Source: Daphnia carinata (Eukaryota). Taken from it: a stretch of 64,000 bases of DNA. This document shows positions 36,424 through 48,997 of the stretch, in pieces. The number at the start of each line of letters is the position of its first letter. The stretch's first letter is position 1. Under the pieces are notes generated by a model. The model saw nothing but the letters and a program-made list of their open reading frames with translations. It did no database searches and had not been told where the DNA came from. The DNA lies in contig NC_081332.1 of NCBI RefSeq assembly GCF_022539665.2, positions 7,130,001-7,194,000 of the forward strand. Reading direction: 5' to 3'. The position numbers and the translations under genes are program-made.

Positions 36424-38133
36424 ATGCTGATCCCTATCGCGTTGACCCTCCTGCTCTCATCATCAAGAGCATTTCAAACCACAACATGCAACTGTAATAA
36501 CCCGACTGGAGTTGGACTTCTTCAGTTCTCCGACGGTCTTTGCGAGCCTGCCACACGCGTCTCACACACTAAAGTGGACTACCGAGTAATGACCGACAAA
36601 AAAGCAGCCTTTAACTTCCCAGGATATATCTGCGGCAGATGGAAATCAATCAAACACATCACGATCAATTTCGTGGGACAAGTCATAATCGTCCCGGAAC
36701 GCATCGTCATGGAAACAACAGCCGTAGAGTGCGATATCATGAGGCAGTCAAAAAGATTCAACGAGGGCCCAATGACCATATCAGAAAGCAAATGGGTATT
36801 CAACCAAGAGCCAGACGACGTAGGATATTGGCTAAGGACCACTACCGTGGTCACCATCAACTGCATGTTGGAGGAAGTTGTCCTCTCCCGCATCGATGAA
36901 GGGGACATAATCAATACTCCCTTAGGAAGAGCCAACGTGACGCATGGTTCCTTATCTCACAATCACCTCACCTTATTCTGGATCGACACATATGGAAAAG
37001 CAACCGACATCTCCCTCAGACAATTAGAAAAGGGTGTGGGATACTGTTACGAATCTTCAACAAACGGAACTTGGATTCTCCAAGATGACTCCAAACAACT
37101 AGACTTCCATGTACGACTGATGTCACGTTGTCAGTCTGTGAAGTGCGACAAAAAGATAGAAAGTTGGGCCGTAGTTGGAGACAACCATTTATTCGTCACC
37201 ACATACCCGTTGGGCCCAACTGCAGTCACCATGCCTTCAATCATCAAAAACACTACAACTAACATGAGCGACTCCCTAGACATCAACATCCGGCAAAACG
37301 CTAGAATCCAATATCTAGAAGATGCTGCCATCCGCCACGAAATCGAACTCGTCCGAATCGTCCAGAGCTTACAATGTGACCAGCGACGCACCTAACACGC
37401 ACAAACTGTATCAACTGCTCAATCTAATGGATGGTTGGCAGCCACACAACTGGGCCTCCGTCAGTGCGTGAAACTGATCGCTACCGGAAACATCGTCTCA
37501 GCCATCCAGTGTACTCCTACGACGGTCAATTTCACAACAGACACCACCATTTGTGGACCACAACCACGGTTCGGGAATTCTACCATCGGCCGATCCGGGT
37601 GGGAACTCACAGAGTTCACGTCATGCTACTGGGCTGGTGGAATCGTTAACTTTAACGATAAACCATATGCCTACCGCAATAACACGTGGCAACTGGCCGA
37701 ATCATCCGTCGTCGTACCGCAGCCTGATCTAGCCGACGCTTTCCGTTACCAAGATGTCGATTTCTTTGAGTACTAGCATCAAACCAACCCCGCATATACA
37801 GACACTCTGGTTAGCCCAATGGATGTGATGGCCGACATTACAGCAGCCATGAACGAACATTCGGGGACTGGACCAAATCTAAACACAGGAGCTTCCGCAA
37901 TCGTCATCTCAGCAGCCGAAAAAGCCGCTCTCGGCACCTTTACCAATTGGTTCGAGAATGTTAAAGTCTACTCGTTTATCATTTTACTTATCGCCGCCTT
38001 CCTTCTACTCGCTCGCGGCTGCTATGCCCTCGGATTTTGTGGGTTAATATGGAGATGTTGTTGTAAACCCCCACGCCCCCCCCCCCCTACAGCAGTTTAC
38101 CGACCGCAGAACAACCGCCCGAGAGAGCCCTAA
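36424..38133 (+). pseudogene. env: env-like type I membrane glycoprotein, class III fusogen-like; 570 codons, two in-frame stops
   Basis: ORFs 36409, 37435 and 37819 share one frame. Signal peptide MLIPIALTLLLSSSRA, many Cys and NxS/T sequons, TM SFIILLIAAFLLL, Cys/Pro tail. Confidence 0.85.
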
Positions 38134-38178
38134 ACTTCTTTTGGATTGTGGGACGCAATCTGGTATGACGGGGAGCGA

Positions 38179-38919
38179 TGTAACGAATCGTCTAGCGAAG
38201 CCCCTTCTTACCTTCTTTCTCAATAGACTAGAACCTCATACCTGTAGCCCCTTGTTACTCAGAGCCTTCATTTACTAACCTAGTTGTAAACTCACTTAAG
38301 AATATAAAAATAATGAAGACATGTCTGGGCACGCTGGCTAAAAATAGATTTATTTCGGTTGGTCCGAGATTGCCCGAAATGGCCTAAAACCGCCCGACCG
38401 ATTTCTAGCTATCGTCCAAATTCGTTCGATACCGCTCGAATTTGCCCGCCTATACCTCTTCATTGCGCCCAAAATCGCCCGATATCGCCCGATATCGCCG
38501 CCTATCCGTTAACACTGTCCCGTAGGACTCTCACGGTCGATGGCTAACATATAAGAAGCCATCGACAACTCACAGTAGTTAGTCGATCCTGGAAGAACTA
38601 TCTCGTGTAGACCTTCAGCGCCCTTCCGAGCCGCTACTCCATCCTTTCCAGCTGAAGCGTAAGTCTTCTCTTAATAATATTCGCTACTTGTCTTAGCTAT
38701 CCATTGGTCGTGTAAGCCAAGTAACTTGATACGCCACTGGAGGCCCTTGCCTTCGATCTGTTCAATCTATTGACTGCTTGTGGTCTCTTAATACACGTTA
38801 TTCTATCGTACACGTATTGTCTTACGCTTATTTGTACACGACATTGTGAGTAGCAGCGCCGCGTTTAGTTGTATTTTCAGTATTGGAGGCAACATGACAA
38901 CGTCGTGTCCTCCTCTACA
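38179..38919 (+). repeat. Gypsy-A 3' LTR
   Basis: Copy of 27191-27917 with a few substitutions and small indels plus a 10-bp duplication (cccgatatcg). Confidence 0.96.
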
Positions 38920-38923
38920 TAAG

Positions 38924-39728
38924 TAAGTAATATGTAAGAATTAAATATTAACACTAATTTTGTTTACTGTCGTTTTCCGTGAAGCCCTTTTAACCGCTTT
39001 GCGTAAAGATGTAGAAAAGCAGCCAAATGATTTCATACTACTGGATAAGCAATCAACAATTAAGGTCTACAGTTTAATTACACCGTTACAGCAAATTACC
39101 TTTTCATCTATTTTCATTGCACATTTTTTTCTTATTAACTTTTCTTCCACACTTAATAGTTTCTTTCTTCCCATTTAAATAAAATAACGTAAATAAAGAC
39201 ACAATTCACAAGGTATGCACCATACAAATCAAAGTACAAAAAAGTAATAATACGTCTGCTAATGTAATAAAGCGAAAGCGCCCCAAGCCCCCGGGAACGC
39301 CCATGGTATAAGGACATCAGTCGGGAGGGAGGGTGATACTAGGACTGGAAACGCCAGTAAAAAAATGTAAAGGGGTAAAACCAAACACTGTGTAAAAAGA
39401 AATATAAGTTTTATAGATGAGCTGTATAAAACAATAGATAGACCATGTAATCGTGCAAAAAAATTACAAATATGAATTCAAACAAAAATTTATGATGGAA
39501 CGATTAGATGAGCAATTGATAACGTTGTTTGCAGTGCGGAAAACTACATAAGCCGTTCTTCTTATCTAACACCGGACACTTAGGCTATTTATGAAGGAGA
39601 AATAGGACCAATACCAAGGAGAAATACGATCCTTATGATGGAGATATAGGACCCTTCAAAAAATGTTTGAATATTGGGTCCTAAATCTCCGGGTCCTATT
39701 TCTCCAGGTCCTATTTCTCCGGCAATCC
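38924..39728 (-). mobile_element. Terminus of a Mutator-like DNA element (host of the nest) with an intron-containing gene fragment
   Basis: Minus-strand end ggattgccggagaaataggacc with repeated ggagaaataggacc motifs (39595-39720). Minus exon MGRKKLLSVEEKLIRKKCAMKIDEK followed by GT. Confidence 0.5.
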
Positions 39729-41943
39729 TCTATAACACTATATTCACATTGAATACACGTATATTTGATACTGTTTGAATGTAGATATTTGCACGATTCT
39801 ATAAAACTATATTCACGTTTAATACACGAATATTTGATGCTGTTTGAATGTAGATATTGAAACTCACTGTATCACACTATATTCACATTGAATACACGTA
39901 TATTTGATACTGTTTGAATTTAGATCATCAAACTGATTCTATAACACTATATTCTTATTAAATACACGTTTATTTGATGGTGTTTAAATGTAGATTTTGA
40001 AACTGATTCTACAACACTATATTAACGTTTAATACACGTATATTTGATGCTATTTGAATTTAGATCATGAAACTGATTCTATAACACTATATTCACATTG
40101 AATACACGTATATTTGATGCTGTTTGAATGTAGATATTGAAACTCACTGTATCACATTATAGTCACATTGAATACACGTATATTTGATGCTGTTTGAATG
40201 TAAATACTGAAACTCAATGTATCACACTACATTCACATCAAATGAATATGAAACTTTTTCCATAACACTATATTCACGGTTAATACACGTATATTTGATA
40301 CTGTTTGAATGTAGACCATGAAAATGATTCTATAACACTATATTCACATTTAATAGACGTATATTTGGTGCTGTTTGAAGGTATATATTGAAAATCACTG
40401 GATCACACTATATTCACATTGAATAGACGTACGTATATTTGATGCTGTTTGAATGTAGATCATGAAACTGATTCTATAACACTATATTCACTATAAATAC
40501 ACGAATATTTGATGGTGTTTGAATGTAGATATTGAAACTCACTGTGTCACACTATATTCACATTGAATAAGCGTATATTTTATGCTGTTTGAATGTAGAT
40601 ATTGAGACTGATTCTATAATACTATATTCATGTTTAATACACGTATATTTGAGGCTGTTGGAATGAAGATCATTAAACTGATTCTATAACACTATATACA
40701 TATTGAATATACGTATATTTCATGCTTTTTGAATATAGATCATGAAACTGATTCTATAACACTATATTCACATTGAATACACGTATATTTGATGCTGTTT
40801 GAATGTAGATATTGAAACTGATTCTATAACACTATATTCACATTGAATACACGTATATTTGATGCTGTTTGAATGTAGATATCGAAACTGATTCTATAAC
40901 ACTATATTCACATTGAATATACGTATATTTGATGATGTTTGAATGTAAATTTTGAAACTGATTCTATAACACTATATTCACATTGAATACACGTATATTT
41001 GATACTGTTTGAATATAGATATTGAAACTGATTCTATAACACTATATTCACGTTTAATACACGTATATTTGATCCTGTTTGAATGTAGATCATGAAACTG
41101 ATTCTATAACACTAAATACACATTGAATACAGGTATATTTGATGCGCCTTGAATGTAGATTATTAACTCACCGTATCGCACTATAGCCACATTCAATACA
41201 CGTATATTTGAAACTGTTTGAATGTAGATTATAAGACTGATTCTATAACACTATATTCACATTGCATACACGTAATTTGATGCTGTCTCAATGTAGATAT
41301 TAAAACTCACTGTATCACGCTATATTCACATTAAATACAAGTATATTTGCTACTCTTTGAATGTAGATCATGAAACACAGTCTATCAAACTATATATACA
41401 TTGAATACACGTATATTTGATGCTGTTTGAATGTAGATCATAAAACTCACCGTATCGCACTATAATCACATTGAATACACGTGTATTTGATGCCGTTTAA
41501 TGTCGATCAGGAATCTGATTCTATAACACTATATTTACATTGAATACACGTATATTTGATGTTGTTTGAATGTAGATATTGAAACTCACTGTATCACACT
41601 ATATTCACATTAAATACAAGTATATTTGCAACTCTTTGAATGGAGATCATGAAACTGATTCTATAAAACTATATACACATTGAATACACGTATATTTGAT
41701 GCTGTTTGAATGTATATATTGAAACTCACTGTATCAAACTATATTCACATTGAATACACGTATATTTGATACTGTTTGAATGCAGATCATGAAACTGATT
41801 CTATAACACTATATTCACATTGAGTACACGTATATTTGATACTGTTTTAATGTAGGATTTGAATTCATTGTGTCACACTATATTCACATTAAATACACGT
41901 ATATTTAAAACTATTTGAATGTAGCTCATGAAACTCATTCTAT
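39729..41943 (-). repeat. 70-bp satellite, reverse orientation, diverged
   Basis: ctataacactatattcacattgaatacacgtatatttgatgctgtttgaatgtagat is the reverse complement of the monomer. Confidence 0.97.
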
Positions 41944-44900
41944 TGTAATGAATCTGAATAAAATACTTACTTTTCTCGCTTTGCTTCAGTAGTACATGGA
42001 AGTCTGGAGATGGAAATTGCAACATCATGTACGCGGCACGGTTGACCTAGATGAACACCTGCAAGCTGATTCATGCAGACGTCATCAATATCGCGCCATA
42101 TTGAACACGTCTTTTAATTGTTTACCGCGGACAGCCTACAAGCTCCTTCCAATCACGCCACTTTTGCAATATGTAAAGTTCCGTGGATAACCCAGCATCT
42201 GAGGAGAAACCCCCAAGATCAGACTAGAACTTACAGTTGATTCCAGTAGTCGCCTAAAGGCATTTCGCTCGCTTTATTAGTAGTACTGTGCCTTACTTGA
42301 TGTTTTATGAACCAAGTCAGTTCAGTCGAACTCGTCTACATTTAGAATTATCTCCGACATTCAATTGCCTAGTCTTACCGATTTGAACTCTTGTTTGTGT
42401 AACGTTCGTATGAAAGCTGAGTTATCACGTTCGCTCCGTGTCGTTTTTCTTCTCGTTCTCTATACGTGTGATCACGGTAAGACCCAATTATCTTTGTCTC
42501 TTTAACTTGTTTCCCGAATGTTTCTTCTTCTTTGTTCTTTTCTCTTTTCAATTCTTATGTCTTAGCTTGAAATAATACATACATTATTGTGGGTAAAACG
42601 CCTCTGAGTTTAGTATATTTTTATTGTCTTAATTTCGTGAAGTCAGTCTTCCCCCATGGGAAGATGCTTTACATTATGGTGGCAGCGGCTTCTCGAACTC
42701 GACCACAATGATGAATGATGTTATTTCTGGCGGCCATAAGATTCCTCGAACTACTGTAAGCACCCCACTTGTTTCCCCAACGCCAGTGGTACAAATTGAC
42801 AACGAAACAGTTGCTAAGTTGATTGATTTTGACAAAGTATCAACTCGTGCTTTGTCCACGTCAGATAAGTTTCAGGGCTGTAAAACGTCAGAGGTAGAAA
42901 CCGAAGCCATTAAGAAATCCGCTTCTCCCGTTTTGAAACCTAAAGTGCAGACAGACAATACCCAGTTAAATAAATTAAGATCGAATCCTGCTTACGAAGA
43001 AGTGGCTCCATTTGTTAAGACCGCCACTAGGAAAATTTGGACCCGTGGTAAAGCTACTGCAGCAACTACTCAACGCCCACCATCTGTTTATGCTAGAATA
43101 GCTTCTCGTTTTTCTCCAGCAAAATACCCCGCGAAAAGCCCATCAAAAGCTCATTTTCTCTCGAGCACTCTTTTAAGCTTTTTCCAAAACAAGAGCCCAG
43201 TGAATGGACGATCACCTCAACTTGAGTCTCCATCACCTATACCAAGAAATCCAGAGCAACCCATCCAGGGTGTTCCCGACACCGTCGAGTGCAATACCAT
43301 CTCTGATACTAGCAATCAAGTGCCCCAAGGAGAGGGAGCTGGATTTCCAATCGCGCGATCCGAAACTCTGGGACCAATTGATCCGGCTATTAAACGATTT
43401 CGGGCTGAGGTGCCGACCCCAGGACAAACCGCAATTGCAGACGGACGTAGAAACACCGACGATATTCCTGAAATACTTAAGTGCGATTCAGGAAGTGAGG
43501 GCCAGTGGGCAGATCAAGAGGACAACGCGGAAGGCAAATCAACAAGCGTCGGAGCAGACGACGTCCTTTGCTACGTATGCGAGACAGTTTACGACGTTTC
43601 TGCTAGTACAGACGTACAGCGTAGCCGAAATGCAGACACAGTACCACCGAAGGAAAAGGACCTCCTCGGTTTTGTTCCCAGAGAGACGCCACTCAACAGC
43701 GAGGAGGAAGGACGATACAAGTTTCTCATCCTCGAAATATTAGAATTTTCGACCCGTTTGGAGGAAACTTTGTTGGACTTCCAGCTGGTACTTCTCACGA
43801 GCATACTAAACCTAGTCTCGTTCCTAAGAAAGCTACAATCCATAACCAGCCTGGAACCACTGCTACCGGAACTGATATCGCTCGAAATCAGATTGACCCA
43901 CTTCCGGAGAGTAACAAGGCCGTGCAACAAACAGCTATTGATCATCATCAAAGAAGTCCTCACCCAGACTACCAAACAATTGAGACAGTTGCTATCATCC
44001 ATTCGTGAAAACCAGGAAGAACTGCTGACGACTCTAGCTCGTCAGACATCTCCGCAGCCAAAAAACAAGCGCCAAACACGACCAATACGATTCCGAAACC
44101 GCCGATACAATTAACCGATAACAATATTGGCGCATCACAACCAATTTCGAACCGCATTCCAGTCACCGCGCAAACTCACCATCGCAGAGCTCCGATTTCC
44201 CCTGTAACCTTTTTGACCAACAACATGGCTTACGCTTACTCTCCTACCAGAGCAGCCACTGTGAATGATTTAATTTACAAAACAACCAGCATACCTTTTT
44301 ACGTTTGCAATTACTCCCTGCTTTTTCCGAGAGGCCCAATTTCTCGTTTTGATTCTTGGCTAGAATCGTTTGAGAGCATGGTTGATGGGGCACGATGGTC
44401 TGAAGGTAAAATTATTCAGATGCTACGTGCAAAATTTACGGATAAAACTTTTTCAGTCACACAAACCATACTCAAAAAACATCCATACGACTATAATTCC
44501 ATTAAAGAAGCTTTACTCGATCACATCCATGGGGATGAAAATGTTTATGTCTACATTAAGAAAACCAATAAAGCCAAACGTAAACCTGGAGAAAAGATTG
44601 TAGATTAAGCTCATCGTTTACAGTAAGTTTTCAAACGGGCATATCCTGGGGGTTATATGAAAAGGTCTTTTGCAGTCATTCTCATGCAGAAATTTATTGA
44701 GGGATTAGATTCGAAATAACAAGCTAAAGTCCGATATAAGGAATTTAAAGATTTTAGCGAACTCCTAGCAGCAATACGAGTTTATCCCGTTCGATTGGAA
44801 GCTTTAGAAACGGACCGCGAAAAGCATGAATTTGTTAGGGCAATTGACGATTCGTTTTGCACGAAAGACCCCAAGCTCAAAGAACTGAAGCAAATGCTAC

Positions 44901-47900
44901 TTGATGAGAAAGAAATTGTAAGCAATGCCGTTGCCAATATTCGCCATAGCCATAAGCAAGACGATAATCCAAAGTCAGAGAAAGATGAGATTATGGATGT
45001 TCTTCACGAACTCACTCAGGCTGTAAAACAACTACAACAGGACAAGAAAGATTATTCACCTACTCCACCAGGCACTCCCTATAGGAAACAAGTTTCATTC
45101 CAAGCAAATAACGTCAATCAAGATAGAAACTGAAGGCCTCCCCAGTATCGCCCGAATAATAGCTCTAATTCTTACGGATACCAACCTGCTCGATTTCTAA
45201 ATAGACCTGCGCCAGTTCCGTCTTCTTTCTGGAGGCCACCTAAAAATAATAATAATAATAGATCAGATCAACAGGTTGTAAATTGCAATTTTTGTGGTTA
45301 CCGCGGACACACTCAGTCCAATTGTCGTCAATCTCAGCGTCACAGTCTTGAACAGGCACAGCCTCCCATCTGCTATTCTTGTCGCGAGATTGGTCATCAA
45401 TCTAATAATTGTCCGAAATTCAGAAACTTTCAAAGACCTAACATTCCAGGTCGCCCTCAACGTCAGGGAAACCAATAGATATCAACTGTAGCTTCGGGTC
45501 AGTTGATAACGAGCCTCAATTTAAATCCCGACAAGTGGCAAAATTAACCACTATAACGAGTGAATCGACCCCAAGAATTCCATTAAAAATTTTTCAGATT
45601 CCGTTACAGGCATTATTTGATACAGGCGCGTCTAAAAGTTTTATTCATGAGAGATTATTTAACAAGTTACCCCAGAGAGGTCAGGCGATCTGCAGTCAGC
45701 TTGATTTCGATTTATATGATGTATGGGAGAAAAAGCTACATACTTTGGGAAGAGTTATTTTGCCCGTTCGATACGAAGAGTCAGTTTTTAAACAAGAATT
45801 TATTGTTACTAGTGGTGTTTCTGAAGACTGTATCCTTGGATGGGATGCAATCCAGAAGCACGGATTTCGGCTTGACGGAGAAGCCAGGAGCATTTATTTA
45901 GCAAGGGATGAGGTAGGAGGTACCGGGAGGAGGTACCGTACATGGCAGTTGCTACGGTAAAAAAGACGACGTTATTTCGTCAGACGTCGACAGTAATTGC
46001 AGCGCAGATGAAAGTTTCATTTCCGTATGTCCCCCCTAATACAGCATTTATATTTACCCCAGCAGACGATTTGCCAGCAGGCATTTAAATTGAAGAATTT
46101 ATTGGAAATGTACCGGGAGATGGAGCTTATAAAATTATGGTCGGAAATCATTTACTACATCAAAATCAAAATTCCTAGAAACACTACATTAGGCATAATT
46201 GAAATAATTGATAACGCTAAAATTTCTCTAACAAAATTGGAAGATAATCCTAAAGCAGAAGCTCAGCCATTTTATTTCAGAAGTCGACTCTGAAATTCAA
46301 GTATCGGTCTCAAAATTATTAGATAACTTCCACGACTTGTTCGCATCCAAAGATTCGGAAATAGGAAACACAAACCTTATTAAACACACGATTGATACAG
46401 AAGGACGAGGCCCCATTGAACAACGCCCATACAGAGTAACAAATAACCAAAGGAAATTATTAGACGATAAAATACAAGAAATGCTTGATGCAGATGTAAT
46501 TCAATATTCGCATTCTCCATGGGCTTCACCCGTGGTTTTAGTAGAAAAGAAGTGTGGAAAAGTAAGATTTTGCGTTGATTATAGGAAATTAAATAGTATA
46601 ACGAAAAAAGATTCATTCCCCATGCCTAGAATAGACGAAACATTGGACAAATTATATGGGACGAAATTTGTCACAACTCTCGATTTAGCTTCAGGCTATT
46701 GGTAGATTTAAATAGATTATCCAGCTATCGAAAAAACAGCGTTTGTGGTAGAGAACAATTTCTACGAATTTACATGTATTGCATTTGGCTTGTGCAATGC
46801 ACCTGCCATGTGCCAACGACTAATGAATTATGTACTGCAAGACGTTTTAGGAAGTAGAGCATTAGTTTATTTGGATGATGTTATAACCTTTTCAGACACT
46901 TTTGAAGATCATTTACGTGATATTCGGGAAATTTTTAATTTATTACGAAATGCTAATCTAAAATTAAAGCTCAAGAAAGGCCAGTTCATTAAACACAATT
47001 GTAATATCGACCGATGGTATTAAGCCTGATCCGAGCAAAATTGATAAAATAGTCAATTATGAAACACCTGTTTCAGTAGATGAAGTCAGGTTATTTCTTG
47101 GATTAGCTGGATATTACAGAAGATTTATTAAAGATTTCTGATCAATTGCTAAATCTTAGCTCGATTAACTCATAAAGATCTTAGCGGAAAACCTTTTAAT
47201 TGGGGAGCCGAGGAACAATTTCTTTTGAGAAATTGCGCAATTCTCTATTAACACCACAAGTTCTTACTTACCCCAATTTCAATGAGAAATTTATCCTTTT
47301 CACCGATGCATGCGATTATGGCATTGAAGCAGTCTTATCCCAAATTCAAAATGGCCACGAGCATCCTATTGCATACTCCAGTAGACAGTTAACAAAAGCA
47401 GAAACAAAGTACAGCACGACAGAAAAAGAAGCTCTAGCGGTTATTGGTGCAATCAAACATTTCAGGCATTACTTGTTGGATAAACCTTTTGAGATCATAA
47501 GTGATCATCAATCCCTTGCAGTGGCTTAAACATCAGAAAGATAATAATGGAAGATTAGGACGACTGAATTACTTTACCGGTACGTGCCACCATCTACCGA
47601 TAGCAAAAGAAACGTAACTAACCATTAGTTAGTCTTGCCTAAATCGTTACGCCAGTTAGTGCTCAAGGAACTGCATGACGCACCGATGGGTGGACATTTA
47701 GCCTTTTACAAAACTTATATGAAAGTCAAGAATCATTATTATTGGCCAAATATGAGAAAAGACATCAAAGAGTATTGTCAAGCTTGTGAGGTATGAATTG
47801 CCAACACTTCGTCAACTTATAGAGCATTATTGCACTCTCATGAAATTACAAAGGCACCTTTACAAGTTATCGGAAGGGACTTTTTAGGTCCTATTACTCC

Positions 47901-48997
47901 AGTTTCACCCAATGGAAACAGTTATATTTTAGTTATTACAAATTATTTTAGCCGAGTGGTGGAAACTGTTGTATATAACTGATGTGTATATAAAACAACT
48001 GGACATGGTATGCCTAAAGCTATTCTTTCTGATCGTGGAACCAATTTCACGTCGAAATTATTTCGTTATTTTTGTAAGAAATTAAAAATCGATCAAAGAC
48101 TAACAACTGCTATAATCCAGCTAGTAACGGAGAAAAAGAAAGGTGTAATCGAACATTGACAACTATGTTGAGAAAAGAATTAAAAGATGGTGAACATGCG
48201 AATTGGGAAGATATGCTGGATGATGTTTTATTTGCTTATCGTAATTCTGTCCATTATTCTACATTGGACACCAAATATTACTTATTGCACGGTAGAGATC
48301 CTAATATACCCATTAATGAATTCCTTGACGCTTCCACAAAAACATTTATCTCCGCATCAGATTATGTAGGTAACTTAACAGAACGCTTGCGTTATAGTTT
48401 CCAACGCGTCCGTGAGGAGAGTGAAAAAACAAGAAAACGTCAGAGGGAACAATATAATAAACGAGCAAATGAAAAACAATATTTAGTAGGAGATTGAGTA
48501 TTTTTAGACACTAGAGTATTTAAAGAGGGCGATAGTAGGAAATTTACTTCCAAATATAAAGGCCCTTATAGAGTTGTAAAAGTATATTCAAACAATACCG
48601 TTGATATTGCCGATAATTCATATATTTGCCAACGTACACACCTTAACCGGTTAAAGCCCCTGTTTGAAACAATTCATAGGAAAAACGAACCTTGTCCCCC
48701 TATCGAGACGCCATCGAAGTTCGAGAATCGATTCAGTATATCGATTTCGACCCAAACGATGGAAATTGCGGAAAATATGGAAGGGAACACGAGTGAATCG
48801 AAAAGTGTGGGATTAGAAACGATGGAAGCTGAAAACGTGGAAAAGGAAAAGAGGCAACCAGAAAGAGTGGATGTGGAAAATGCGGAATTTGAAACAGTGG
48901 AATCGGAACCGGTGGATATGTAAATGGACGCCGATCAAAACGATAAACAACATTTATGCTTTGAAAACGAAACTGGAGAGACATATGATTCAGACGG
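41944..48997 (+). mobile_element. Gypsy element (Gypsy-B), relative of Gypsy-A, 3'-truncated and degenerate
   Basis: 5' LTR TGTAATG...TTTACA (41944-42673), tRNA-Leu PBS 42677-42688, upstream ORF 42708-44114, gag about 44213-45478, pol 45466 to about 48900 (ALFDTGA, FCVDYRKLN, YLDD, FTDACDYGI, GPY). Many stops. Confidence 0.93.

Larger units (their letters stand above)
27191..38919 (+). mobile_element. Ty3/Gypsy endogenous-retrovirus-like element (Gypsy-A) with both LTRs and env; TSD TAAG
   Basis: Near-identical LTRs 27191-27917 and 38179-38919. TAAG at 27187-27190 and 38920-38923. PBS, gag, pol, env, and PPT ggggagcga. Confidence 0.97.

Noticed and set aside
1060..41950. A single preferred insertion position within the satellite monomer
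   Set aside because: Junctions at 1073, 6060, 11712, 39729 and 41943 fall at different monomer positions, and several are eroded.
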